Assembly: GCA_013205605.1 (NCBI GenBank)
Contig: JABMMK010000188.1
Location: forward strand, 1-37,302
Source: Cytophagales bacterium
GTDB lineage: Bacteria > Bacteroidota > Bacteroidia > Cytophagales > Spirosomataceae
DNA length: 37,302 nucleotides
Direction: 5' to 3'
Below the pieces are notes generated by a model, which saw only the letters and a program-made list of their open reading frames with translations, had not been told where the DNA came from and did not search any database. Shown piece after piece: positions 16,755 to 25,819 of the stretch. Each line of letters opens with the position of its first letter. Within the stretch, counting starts at the first letter, position 1. The translations under genes and the position numbers were made by a program.

Positions 16755-18467
16755 TTAAGAAATCCAGGCAATCACCTCCTCTTTGGTAGGCATAGATGAA
16801 TCAATCTTCAATTTCTTTCTCATTCCACCTAAATCGTTGAAAACTTTATTTGGATTGGCTTCTTTCAAAGCATTCAAAGTCAAAATTCCCATTTTTTGTA
16901 AAGCTGGTATCCAAATTACAGGTACCCCTGCATTGATAAAATCTTGATCCGAGGATACTTCCTTCATAATTTCAGGACGCATTTGAGGGAAAAACAGCAC
17001 CTCTTGGATCGAGGACTGATTCGTCATCAACATCGTCAATCGGTCTATTCCGATCCCAATACCCGACGTGGGTGGCATCGCATACTCCAACGAACGTATA
17101 AAATCATAATCCATCGCCATCGCCTCATCATCGCCTTTTTCAGCTAATTTTAGTTGGTCCTCAAACCGCTCTTTTTGATCAATCGGATCATTCAATTCGG
17201 AATAGGCATTTGCAATTTCTTTGCCGTTTACAAAAAGTTCGAAACGTTCAACTAAACCCTCCTTCGATCTATGCTTCTTGGTCAGTGGAGACATTTCGAC
17301 GGGATAATCAATAATAAAAGTGGGCTGAATTAAATTAGCTTCCACCTTCTCTCCAAAAAGCTCGTCGATCAATTTCCCTTTCCCCATTTGAGCATCCACT
17401 TCCATCCCAAAAGATGTACATTTTGCTCTTAATTCATCTTCAGAAAGCTCGTCCACATTCACGCCAGAATATTTCAAAATAGCTTCTGAAATACTTAATC
17501 GAGGATATGGGCCTGCAAATTCAATGTGATTATCTCCCACTGAAATATTAGTTTGACCATGTAAGGTCAAGGTTACCTTTTCAAAAATCTCCTCGGTCAA
17601 ATTCATCATCCAATGGTAATCTTTGTAAGCCACATAAAATTCCAAAGAGGTAAATTCTGGATTATGGGTTCTATCCATCCCTTCATTTCTGAACATCTTT
17701 CCAAACTCATACACTCCATCAAATCCGCCAACAATCAAACGCTTCAAATAAAGTTCATTGGCAATGCGCAAAAATAAAGGCATGTCCAACGTATTATGAT
17801 GTGTTTTAAAGGGTCGCGCAGAGGCGCCCCCATGAACAGATTGCAAGACAGGAGTTTCCACCTCTAACCAACCTCTTTGGTCAAACATCGTCCGCATCGT
17901 CGAAATGATCTTAGCGCGTTTGACGAAAATATCTTTAATGGAGGGATTTACGATCAAATCCACATATCGCTGGCGATACCTCATTTCAGGATCTGAAAAG
18001 GCATCATACGTTTGGCCATCTGCTTCTTTGACCACCGGCAGTGGCTTTAGAGCTTTGGAGAGCAACGTAAATTCACGCACGTGAACAGAAATCTCCCCTA
18101 CTTGGGTCGTAAAAGCATAGCCCTTAATTCCTATAATGTCTCCAATATCTAGGAGTCGTTTAAACACTGTATTATATAACGTTTTATCTTCGCCTAGGCA
18201 CAAATCATCTCTTCGAAAATACAATTGAATACGTCCATTCGCATCTTGTAATTCAGCAAATGAGGCATTTCCCATGATTCGAAATCCCATTAATCGACCT
18301 GCTAAACTAACTTCTTGGAAGTTATTTAATTCAAGTTTATATTCGGCCAAAATCTGAGCAGAATAATGGCTAACCAAAAATGCGGCTGCAGGATAGGGAT
18401 CGATTCCCATGCCAATGAGTTCCTGTCTTTTTTGACGTCTCAATAATTCTTGCTCACTTAATATCAT
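16755..18467 (-). CDS. lysS: Lysine--tRNA ligase (class II) with Bacteroidota C-terminal extension
   Basis: Motifs RYRQRYVDLI, LRIANELYLKRLIVGG, FRNEG, ANAYSELNDP, GIGIDRL. TATTTTTG element at 18491-18498. Confidence 0.98.
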   Translation of the reverse strand: MILSEQELLRRQKRQELIGMGIDPYPAAAFLVSHYSAQILAEYKLELNNFQEVSLAGRLMGFRIMGNASFAELQDANGRIQLYFRRDDLCLGEDKTLYNTVFKRLLDIGDIIGIKGYAFTTQVGEISVHVREFTLLSKALKPLPVVKEADGQTYDAFSDPEMRYRQRYVDLIVNPSIKDIFVKRAKIISTMRTMFDQRGWLEVETPVLQSVHGGASARPFKTHHNTLDMPLFLRIANELYLKRLIVGGFDGVYEFGKMFRNEGMDRTHNPEFTSLEFYVAYKDYHWMMNLTEEIFEKVTLTLHGQTNISVGDNHIEFAGPYPRLSISEAILKYSGVNVDELSEDELRAKCTSFGMEVDAQMGKGKLIDELFGEKVEANLIQPTFIIDYPVEMSPLTKKHRSKEGLVERFELFVNGKEIANAYSELNDPIDQKERFEDQLKLAEKGDDEAMAMDYDFIRSLEYAMPPTSGIGIGIDRLTMLMTNQSSIQEVLFFPQMRPEIMKEVSSDQDFINAGVPVIWIPALQKMGILTLNALKEANPNKVFNDLGGMRKKLKIDSSMPTKEEVIAWIS

Positions 18468-18643
18468 ACTACATATATATTTTCAAAGGCCAAAAATAAC
18501 CAAATCATTTGGCAAATAAAACTGATCCGCAAGGAAGGTAAAAAACTTAAAACTTGTTAATAAAATTAGAGTCGATAAACAATTGAGTACATTTTTAAGT
18601 TAAATTCGCACAATCAAAATCAATTTTTAAAAGATCCTTATAA

Positions 18644-20125
18644 ATGAAAAATCAATTAAAATCCTATGTAGTCATTGCGCTTTTATCCAGTGCAATTTCT
18701 TTAGGCGCATTTCAATTATTTAATTTGGGTTCAAGAAATACATTAGGCGAAGTTCCTTCTGCATTTACAAACACGGTCTCAAACATCAATGCTCCCGGAA
18801 ATCCCGGAGAATTTACGTATGCAGCAGAAAAAACAACCCCTGCCGTTGTTCACATCAAAACTAAAATGGATCAGAAATCGCGCCAGCAATTTTCCAGTCC
18901 ATTGGACGATTTATTTGGTGGCTTTGGTGATCCTTATGGTGGTGGTGGAGGAGGCGGTCGTAGACAAGCACCTCAGCAACAAGAGGCTTCAGGCTCGGGA
19001 GTTATTATCAGTGCCGACGGATATATTGTTACCAATAATCACGTAGTAGCTGAAGCTAATGAGATTTCGGTGATCTTAAATGATAAGAGAGAATTTAAAG
19101 CAAAGGTTATTTCTACGGATCCTTCTTCTGACTTAGCCGTTATTCAAATTAAAGCCAGTGGCCTTCCTTTCCTAACTTTTGGGGATTCAGATGCATTAAG
19201 AGTAGGGGAATGGGTATTAGCGGTGGGAAATCCATTTAACTTAGAATCAACAGTGACGGCAGGGATTGTTTCTGCCAAAGGTCGTCAAAACATCATTGAT
19301 CGCGAAGGGGACATTAACCCATTAGAATCATTTATTCAAACGGATGCCGCGGTTAATCCGGGGAACTCGGGGGGGGCGCTTGTCAACTTAAAAGGCGAGT
19401 TGATCGGTATTAACACAGCAATTTATTCACGTACGGGCCAATTTGCAGGCTATTCATTTGCTGTACCCGTGAGTATTGTCAAAAAAGTTTCAGGTGATTT
19501 AATCAAATATGGCAATGTACAAAGAGGTTTCCTTGGAGTTAGTATCTTAGAGGTAAACTCAAAATTAGTCGATGAAAAAGATCTAAAAGTGAAAGACGGA
19601 GTATATGTAGGTGGATTTGCTGAAAATTCTGCAGCCAAAGATGCTGGCGTTAAAATCAATGATGTGATCATGAAAATTGACGGCGTGGATACAAAATCAA
19701 CAGCCAAGCTCATGGAAATCGTGGGCAGAAAAAGACCAGGCGAATCTTTAAACGTTTCTGTTAATCGCGATGGTCAAATCAAAGAATTCAATGTTACCCT
19801 AAAGAATAAAGATGGAAATACATCCATACTGAAAGGAGACATCGGTGAAACATATAAGTCGGAGTTCTTAGGTGCCAAATTCGGTTCTTTAAGTAGCGCC
19901 GATAAAGAAAAATTCAAATTGAGTTCTGGAGTTAAGGTGGTCGACGTGACAACAGATGGTCGATTAGAAATGTATGGCTTATCCAAAGGATCCATCATTA
20001 CCAAAATAAACGATAAGGCCGTCAATAGCCCTAAAGAAGCAACTGAATTATTAGAAGCCAGAAGAGGCCGAATTAAATTAGAGGGAATTGATGTCGATGG
20101 ATCTAGATTTATTTACGTGCTTTAA
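18644..20125 (+). CDS. htrA: HtrA/DegP-family serine protease with two PDZ domains
   Basis: Catalytic motifs TNNHVV, DLAVI, TDAAVNPGNSGGAL; two PDZ-like C-terminal regions. Confidence 0.93.
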   Translation: MKNQLKSYVVIALLSSAISLGAFQLFNLGSRNTLGEVPSAFTNTVSNINAPGNPGEFTYAAEKTTPAVVHIKTKMDQKSRQQFSSPLDDLFGGFGDPYGGGGGGGRRQAPQQQEASGSGVIISADGYIVTNNHVVAEANEISVILNDKREFKAKVISTDPSSDLAVIQIKASGLPFLTFGDSDALRVGEWVLAVGNPFNLESTVTAGIVSAKGRQNIIDREGDINPLESFIQTDAAVNPGNSGGALVNLKGELIGINTAIYSRTGQFAGYSFAVPVSIVKKVSGDLIKYGNVQRGFLGVSILEVNSKLVDEKDLKVKDGVYVGGFAENSAAKDAGVKINDVIMKIDGVDTKSTAKLMEIVGRKRPGESLNVSVNRDGQIKEFNVTLKNKDGNTSILKGDIGETYKSEFLGAKFGSLSSADKEKFKLSSGVKVVDVTTDGRLEMYGLSKGSIITKINDKAVNSPKEATELLEARRGRIKLEGIDVDGSRFIYVL

Positions 20126-20181
20126 ACACAGATTTCAGGTGAATCGTTTACCTGGTTTCAAAATCTAATTTTCTTATAAAC

Positions 20182-20214
20182 AAAAAACCCGAAGCAAATG
20201 CTTCGGGTTTTTTT
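20182..20214. terminator. Bidirectional intrinsic terminator between htrA and pdhB
   Basis: AAAAAACCCGAAGCA-AA-TGCTTCGGGTTTTTT. Confidence 0.9.
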
Positions 20215-20231
20215 AATACGTTTAACCGATG

Positions 20232-21215
20232 TTAAGATCTATATAAAACTTGCTTTACCGCTTTAACCGTTCTTTCTACATTTGGCAAAATCTCTTCAAT
20301 TAAAGTGGGCGCATAAGGCAAAGGTAAGTCACGTGAATTCACACGAATGACCGGAGCATCTAAGAAATCAAAAGCCCAACGCTGTAAATGATAGGTAATT
20401 TCGGAAGAAATAGCGGCCAATGGGTTTGCTTCTTCGACCACCACACAGCGATTGGTTTTCTTCACAGATTCTACGACGGTCAAATAATCAATAGGGCGTA
20501 CGCTGCGCAAATCAATCACCTCTACGGAAATTCCTTGCTTCTCCAACTCCTCTACGGCCGGCATCACCACACGAGATAACATTTTACCGAAAGTCACTAA
20601 GGTGACGTCTTTACCCGCTTTCACAATATTGGCTTTTCCGATCGGAATCAAATATTCTCCGTCCGGAACTAAACCTTTATCTCCATACATAACTTCCGAC
20701 TCCATAAAAATAACGGGGTCATTATCACGAATAGAAGCTTTCAACAAACCTTTTGCATCCGCTGGATTTGATGGAACAACCACTTTTAAACCCGGTGTAT
20801 TGGCAAACCAATTTTCAAAATTAGATGAATGTTGGGATGATAATTGGCCCGCATTTCCAGTCGGCCCTCTAAATACAATCGGACAAGAATATTGCCCACC
20901 TGACATCGACATTAATTTTGAAGCCGAATTAATTACTTGGTCTATGGCAACCAAAGAAAAATTGAATGTCATGAATTCTACAATGGGTCTTAATCCATTC
21001 GCAGCAGCACCTACTGAAATCCCTCCAAATCCCAATTCAGCGATCGGTGTGTCAATCACACGATCCGGACCAAACTCATCCAACATCCCTTGGGAAACTT
21101 TATAGGCCCCATTATATTCAGCCACCTCTTCTCCTATAAGGAAAACCGTTGAATCAGTTCGCATTTCTTCTTGCATGGCTTCACGCAAGGCTTCTCTAAA
21201 TTGAATTTCTCTCAT
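20232..21215 (-). CDS. pdhB: Pyruvate dehydrogenase E1 component beta subunit
   Basis: Motifs GEEVAEYNGAYKVSQG, DTPIAE, EFMTFNF, VFRGP, PLPYA. TAATTTTG element at 21249-21256. Confidence 0.95.
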   Translation of the reverse strand: MREIQFREALREAMQEEMRTDSTVFLIGEEVAEYNGAYKVSQGMLDEFGPDRVIDTPIAELGFGGISVGAAANGLRPIVEFMTFNFSLVAIDQVINSASKLMSMSGGQYSCPIVFRGPTGNAGQLSSQHSSNFENWFANTPGLKVVVPSNPADAKGLLKASIRDNDPVIFMESEVMYGDKGLVPDGEYLIPIGKANIVKAGKDVTLVTFGKMLSRVVMPAVEELEKQGISVEVIDLRSVRPIDYLTVVESVKKTNRCVVVEEANPLAAISSEITYHLQRWAFDFLDAPVIRVNSRDLPLPYAPTLIEEILPNVERTVKAVKQVLYRS

Positions 21216-21355
21216 AATGATACATTACGTATATAACCTAATCAGGAGCAAAATTAGGCAAGAAAATGCATACAACAAAACCAAAATTAGGTTTCTCATG
21301 CTCCCAATTTGATAAATTCTAGGTATTTTTGATAATAATTAGAATTTCAACGCAA

Positions 21356-22384
21356 ATGACCGTCAAAATAGCTCCCATTTCTGAATCATTGGCCACTTTT
21401 TTTGGCCAGAACGATTATTCGCATATCGCTATTTTGGTCGATGAATTTACAAACAAATATTGTTTGCCCATCATTGAAGATTTGCTGCCGTCCAATTTCA
21501 CCAAAATTCTAATTAAATCTGGAGAGCATCATAAAAACTTAGCTACCTGTGAACGTGTTTGGGATCGAATGACGAATGCCAATATGGATCGGCATAGTTT
21601 ATTGGTCAATTTGGGTGGCGGAGTTATAGGCGATTTAGGAGGTTTTTGTGCCTCCACCTACAAAAGAGGAATTGATTTCATTCAAATTCCTACTACATTA
21701 TTAGCCCAAGTGGACGCGAGTGTAGGAGGAAAATTGGGCATCGACTTCCACGGACTTAAAAATCATATTGGAGTTTTCCAATTGCCTAAAGCCGTATTAA
21801 TAGACCCGAAATTTATTGATACCTTATCGATCCAACAAAAAAAATCTGGCTTTGCTGAAATCATCAAGCATTGTTTAATCCGCGATGAAAAGGAATGGAA
21901 TTCGATAAGCCAACAAAGTTTCGAGGAATTGGATTTATCAAAATTAATTGCTCATTCAGTTGCGATCAAAGAAGCAATTGTTTTAGAAGATCCCAAGGAA
22001 GCAGGTTTACGTAAAATTTTGAATTTTGGCCATACTTTAGGCCATGCCATTGAAACCTATTTGCTGGATAAGGGAAAAAGAAAGATTTTACATGGAGAGG
22101 CTATTGCCATCGGCATGATTGTAGAGGCATTTATTTCACATCAACGTGATTTAATTAGCCTGCAAGAGTTAGAAGAAATAGAATCTTATTTGTTTGAAAA
22201 CTACGGTCGCGTCAAATTACACCCAGAAGAGATTTCAAAAATCATTGCATTAACTGCTCAAGATAAAAAGAACAAAGGCAAAGAAATTCGTTTTTCTTTG
22301 TTGACCGGAATAGGCGACTGCGGATATGACATCCCTGTTAGCGCCTCAGAAATGAAGAAGGCCATTCAGTATTACTTGAATTAA
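21356..22384 (+). CDS. aroB: 3-dehydroquinate synthase
   Basis: Motifs GGGVIGDLGGF, PTTLLAQVDASVGGK, LNFGHTLGHAIE, LHGEA. The listed TTG start at 21329 lies inside a TATTTTTG -7 element (21324-21331), so the ATG at 21356 is preferred. Confidence 0.96.
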   Translation: MTVKIAPISESLATFFGQNDYSHIAILVDEFTNKYCLPIIEDLLPSNFTKILIKSGEHHKNLATCERVWDRMTNANMDRHSLLVNLGGGVIGDLGGFCASTYKRGIDFIQIPTTLLAQVDASVGGKLGIDFHGLKNHIGVFQLPKAVLIDPKFIDTLSIQQKKSGFAEIIKHCLIRDEKEWNSISQQSFEELDLSKLIAHSVAIKEAIVLEDPKEAGLRKILNFGHTLGHAIETYLLDKGKRKILHGEAIAIGMIVEAFISHQRDLISLQELEEIESYLFENYGRVKLHPEEISKIIALTAQDKKNKGKEIRFSLLTGIGDCGYDIPVSASEMKKAIQYYLN

Positions 22385-22672
22385 TTATTCAATAACCTGA
22401 GGTACTTTAAAATATTGCTCGTTGGTATCCGGCCCCAAAGCCAACGCCTTTTCCTTAGACAAATCTTGTTTAGCCACATCCTCTCTAAATTGATTCATGG
22501 ACGGAGTCATGTGAACTAAGGGTTCCACTTGATCCGTATTCACCGCATTAAGTGCCTCCATCCAGTCCAGCACCTTGTTGATCGATTCCCGCATCGGTTC
22601 GATTTCACTCGGATTTAATTCCAAACGAGCCAAATGGGCAATCTTTAAAACATCTTCCTTATTTACTTTCAT
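22385..22672 (-). CDS. gatC: Asp-tRNA(Asn)/Glu-tRNA(Gln) amidotransferase subunit C
   Basis: Motifs VLKIAHLARL, VNTDQVEP, REDV, YFKVPQVIE; 95 aa. Confidence 0.93.
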   Translation of the reverse strand: MKVNKEDVLKIAHLARLELNPSEIEPMRESINKVLDWMEALNAVNTDQVEPLVHMTPSMNQFREDVAKQDLSKEKALALGPDTNEQYFKVPQVIE

Positions 22673-22850
22673 CTTCTTTCTGGATTAACTTTTTATCATC
22701 TGGCATTTCCTTATCTAAAAAGGAATTTAATTGGTCTCGATCCATTGACGAAATGATTTGACCAAAGGAATCAATTTTCATTTCAAAACCCTCCAAATTT
22801 GGATGTACTTTGGGTTTTTTTTCGACCGGCTTGATTATTTTTTTTGCCAT
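22659..22850 (-). CDS. Small conserved hypothetical protein (63 aa)
   Basis: The ATG at 22850 follows the gltX stop after 1 nt and the ORF overlaps the gatC start by 14 nt. Sequence KPKVHPNLEGFEMKIDSFGQI...DKKL resembles a small Cytophagales protein family. Confidence 0.75.
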   Translation of the reverse strand: MAKKIIKPVEKKPKVHPNLEGFEMKIDSFGQIISSMDRDQLNSFLDKEMPDDKKLIQKEDESK

Positions 22851-22851
22851 T

Positions 22852-24354
22852 TTATCTTTTACTGAAGGTCTCAATTGCTTTTTTTAGCCGAAGTAAAACC
22901 TGATCCTTCCCCCATAATTCCATTGAAATCATTAAATCCGGGCCTGCCCCATTTCCACTTAATGCCACACGTAGCATTTGCATCACCTTTCCCATTTTAA
23001 TGCCCGCTTCTTCTAATTTCAACTGTATGAATGACTTAATAGCATCAGCTTCCCAAAACTCCAAAAATGGCAAGGTATCATTTAATACTTGTAAACCTTT
23101 TTGAGACTCTTCATTCCATTTATTTTGTACCACTTCCTCCTCATAGGCCGATGGCAACTCCGTAAACTCCTTCACTTTTTCACCCAATTCCTGAGGAAAA
23201 GTAATGCGATCCAAAAACAAATGCACAAATGATTCCGCTTCCTTTTTAGGCAAATCAGGTAAATATTGGGTAGCTAGGCTAGCGACATCTTGTAATTTAA
23301 GGTATTGCTCGTTAAACCATTTTGCTTTATTCACGTCAAATTTAGCCCCTGCCTTATTGATTCTCTCTAATGAAAAAGCGGATATCAATTCATCTAATGA
23401 AAATAACTCCTGTTCGGTCCCTGGGTTCCAACCTAAAAAAGCTAGGAAATTAATCATCGCCGCTGGTAAATATCCCTCTTGTTTAAAGCCCTTTGAAATA
23501 ACACCTGTTTGTGGATCTTTCCATTCTAAAGGAAATACTGGAAATCCGCCTAAATCTGCATCTCGTTTAGAAAGTTTTCCGTTCCCTTCCGGCTTTAGTA
23601 AAAGGGGTAAATGGGCGAATTGTGGCGGCTGCCAACCAAAAGCCTGGTACAACAATATATGTAATGGAGCTGATGGAAGCCATTCCTCTCCACGAATCAC
23701 GTGCGTGATTTCCATGATATGGTCATCCACGACATTGGCTAAATGATAGGTGGGCATGCCATCCGATTTCATTAAGACTTTATCATCGATGCTTGACGTG
23801 TGAACATGTACCCAATCACGTATGCTATCTTGGAAACGAATTTCTGCCTTGGCTGGAACTTTTAAGCGAATGACATAGGGTGTGCCCGAAGCAATGATAT
23901 CATGAACTTCTTGCTCCGACATAGACAAAGAATTCTTTAATTTCACTCTTGTCAACGCATTGTACTGAAACGCACTTCCTTTACTTTCGTAGATTGCTCG
24001 CATCGCATCCAACTCCTCCGAGGTGTCAAAAGCATAGTACGCTTTACCGGAATTGATTAATTCATCTGCATACACTTTATATAATTCCTTGCGCTCGCTT
24101 TGTCGATAAGGTTCATGTGGACCACCTACTCCGATTCCCTCGTCGGGCATAATGCCCAACCATTTTAAAGCATCTAAAATATAATTTTCCGCACCTTCTA
24201 CAAAGCGGGTTTGATCTGTATCTTCAATACGTAATATAAAAGTACCCCCTAATTTGTGGGCCAATAAGTAATTATATAAAGCGGTTCGAACACCTCCTAT
24301 ATGCAAGGCTCCTGTCGGACTTGGGGCAAATCGAACTCTTAATTTTTTAGACAT
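22852..24354 (-). CDS. gltX: Glutamate--tRNA ligase
   Basis: Motifs RFAPSPTGALHIGG (HIGH), RIEDTD, IRGEEW, KLSKR (KMSKS). Confidence 0.98.
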   Translation of the reverse strand: MSKKLRVRFAPSPTGALHIGGVRTALYNYLLAHKLGGTFILRIEDTDQTRFVEGAENYILDALKWLGIMPDEGIGVGGPHEPYRQSERKELYKVYADELINSGKAYYAFDTSEELDAMRAIYESKGSAFQYNALTRVKLKNSLSMSEQEVHDIIASGTPYVIRLKVPAKAEIRFQDSIRDWVHVHTSSIDDKVLMKSDGMPTYHLANVVDDHIMEITHVIRGEEWLPSAPLHILLYQAFGWQPPQFAHLPLLLKPEGNGKLSKRDADLGGFPVFPLEWKDPQTGVISKGFKQEGYLPAAMINFLAFLGWNPGTEQELFSLDELISAFSLERINKAGAKFDVNKAKWFNEQYLKLQDVASLATQYLPDLPKKEAESFVHLFLDRITFPQELGEKVKEFTELPSAYEEEVVQNKWNEESQKGLQVLNDTLPFLEFWEADAIKSFIQLKLEEAGIKMGKVMQMLRVALSGNGAGPDLMISMELWGKDQVLLRLKKAIETFSKR

Positions 24355-24360
24355 ATTTGA

Positions 24361-24732
24361 TTATTTATAGGCAATGCAAGAAATCTCTACACGCACATTT
24401 TTGGGTAATCGAGCGACTTCTACGGTCTCACGAGCTGGTGGATTTACCGTGAAATATTGACCATATACCCCATTGATTTGACCAAAATGATTCATATCCT
24501 GGATAAAAATTGAACATTTTACAACATGTTCAAAAGTATATCCCGCTTCTTTTAAAATATAAGCCAAGTTTTTCATGACTTGATCTGTTTCTTCTTCAAT
24601 GCTTGCGCCTGATTCAAAGGCAGAAAGGGCGATTTGACCAGACACATATAAGGTACCTTGCACCTCCACAGCCTGTGAATATGGACCTATGGGGGCAGGA
24701 GCATCTGTAGATAAAATTATTTTTTTTGTCAT
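24361..24732 (-). CDS. ridA: RidA family reactive intermediate/imine deaminase
   Basis: Motifs APAPIGPYSQA, SGQI, PPARETVEVARLPK, VEI. Confidence 0.93.
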   Translation of the reverse strand: MTKKIILSTDAPAPIGPYSQAVEVQGTLYVSGQIALSAFESGASIEEETDQVMKNLAYILKEAGYTFEHVVKCSIFIQDMNHFGQINGVYGQYFTVNPPARETVEVARLPKNVRVEISCIAYK

Positions 24733-24746
24733 ATCTTTGAAAAGAA

Positions 24747-25649
24747 ATGCAAGTTACCAAAATCACCTCATTTATAATAAACAAAAAAGGAATCTTCTTT
24801 ATGTTGATTTCCTCACTTTGCTTTGCTTCTATGTCAGCTATGGCCAAAGATTTAAGCGAAAAGTTTTCCTCGGTGCAGTTGGTATTTTTTAGAAGTGCCG
24901 TAGGCCTTCCCTTTTTATTTACCAGTTTATGGCTTAAACCAGCCGTCCAAAAAGGAGGAAAATTATATTTCATTATCCTTCGAGGGATACTAGGCGCCTT
25001 TACCCTATACTGTTTATTTTATACGCTGGAACACCTGAGTTTATCTTTGACAAATACCTATGGCCAAGCATTTCCCTTGTTCATCGCTATTTTTAGTTTT
25101 TTCATATTTCCCACTGAAAAATTATCTCGCCAACAAATCATGTATTTGCTTATTGGGTTTTGTGGAATCATTCTGATTTTTAGGCCTGAGACCAATGGGT
25201 CATTGTTGCATCATAGTACGGGAATTATTTATGCCATCGGAACAGCCTTAGGGTACATTGCAATCAAGGAAGCACAAAAATATTATGACTCTAGATGGGT
25301 GGTTATTTCATTCATGGGCGCTGGACTAATTGCCTCGATTCTTTCATTGAGCTTTGGAACGTTTACGGATCTTCCAAATAGTTTCCTGACGGGGAAATGG
25401 ATTGAACCTACGGCCAACGAGTGGTTGCTTGCCTTAATCATGGGCCTTTTGGCCCTCGGGGTACAATATTTCACGACTCAAGCCTTGTTAAATGAAAAAA
25501 CAAGCATCGTGGGGGCCATTGGAAATAGCAGTGTATTATTTTCGATCTTGATTGAAATAATTTTGGGTCATGGATTCCCTTCCTTAATCGTGTGTCTTGG
25601 TATTTGCTTAGTTGTTTATGGCAGTTTCAAGGTAAGCAAGGGAAATTAA
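24747..25649 (+). CDS. DMT/EamA family transporter
   Basis: About ten TM helices in two EamA repeats (QLVFFRS, LRGILG, EKLS, GIILIFRP). Exact start is uncertain. Confidence 0.9.
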   Translation: MQVTKITSFIINKKGIFFMLISSLCFASMSAMAKDLSEKFSSVQLVFFRSAVGLPFLFTSLWLKPAVQKGGKLYFIILRGILGAFTLYCLFYTLEHLSLSLTNTYGQAFPLFIAIFSFFIFPTEKLSRQQIMYLLIGFCGIILIFRPETNGSLLHHSTGIIYAIGTALGYIAIKEAQKYYDSRWVVISFMGAGLIASILSLSFGTFTDLPNSFLTGKWIEPTANEWLLALIMGLLALGVQYFTTQALLNEKTSIVGAIGNSSVLFSILIEIILGHGFPSLIVCLGICLVVYGSFKVSKGN

Positions 25650-25750
25650 ATCAAGATTTTCCAAACGGTATTCATTAATAGATTTAAAATTAGAGAAGCT
25701 TTAAAGCTCCCGAGGCATATTTCCACTAGCCATCATTCGCATAGCAACAT

Positions 25751-25783
25751 AAAAAAAATCCCCCTGAAAAACAGGAGGATTTT
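25751..25783 (-). terminator. Intrinsic terminator of the DAHP synthase/chorismate mutase gene
   Basis: Minus strand reads AAAATCCTCCTG-TTTTT-CAGGGGGATTTT followed by a T run. Confidence 0.75.
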
Positions 25784-25819
25784 AAAATTTATTCACAAGG
25801 AATTTTAACTACCGGTGAA

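Noticed and set aside
18500-18559. Palindrome CCAAAT-C-ATTTGG and tandem AAAACTT repeat in the lysS/htrA divergent region
   Set aside because: Short and AT-rich, and could arise by chance. I saw no second copy in the window to support a regulator site.
18917-18985. Gly/Gln-rich stretch in HtrA
   Set aside because: Falls in the LA loop/Q-linker, which is normally variable and low-complexity in DegP/DegQ proteins.
19369-19376. G8 homopolymer in htrA as a phase-variation tract
   Set aside because: It encodes the invariant catalytic Ser-Gly-Gly-Ala, the frame is intact, and the tract is short.
20602-21105. 167-aa ORF on the + strand
   Set aside because: Antisense shadow of the highly conserved pdhB, with no recognisable motifs or promoter.
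23204-23746. 180-aa ORF on the + strand
   Set aside because: Antisense shadow of gltX.
24614-24973. 119-aa minus-strand ORF spanning the ridA/DMT junction
   Set aside because: Overlaps two well-supported genes in an alternative frame or antisense, and has no family features.
25650-25750. Possible small ORF or RNA between the DMT gene and the DAHP synthase terminator
   Set aside because: Only ORFs of 13 aa or less, with no promoter element and no convincing fold.
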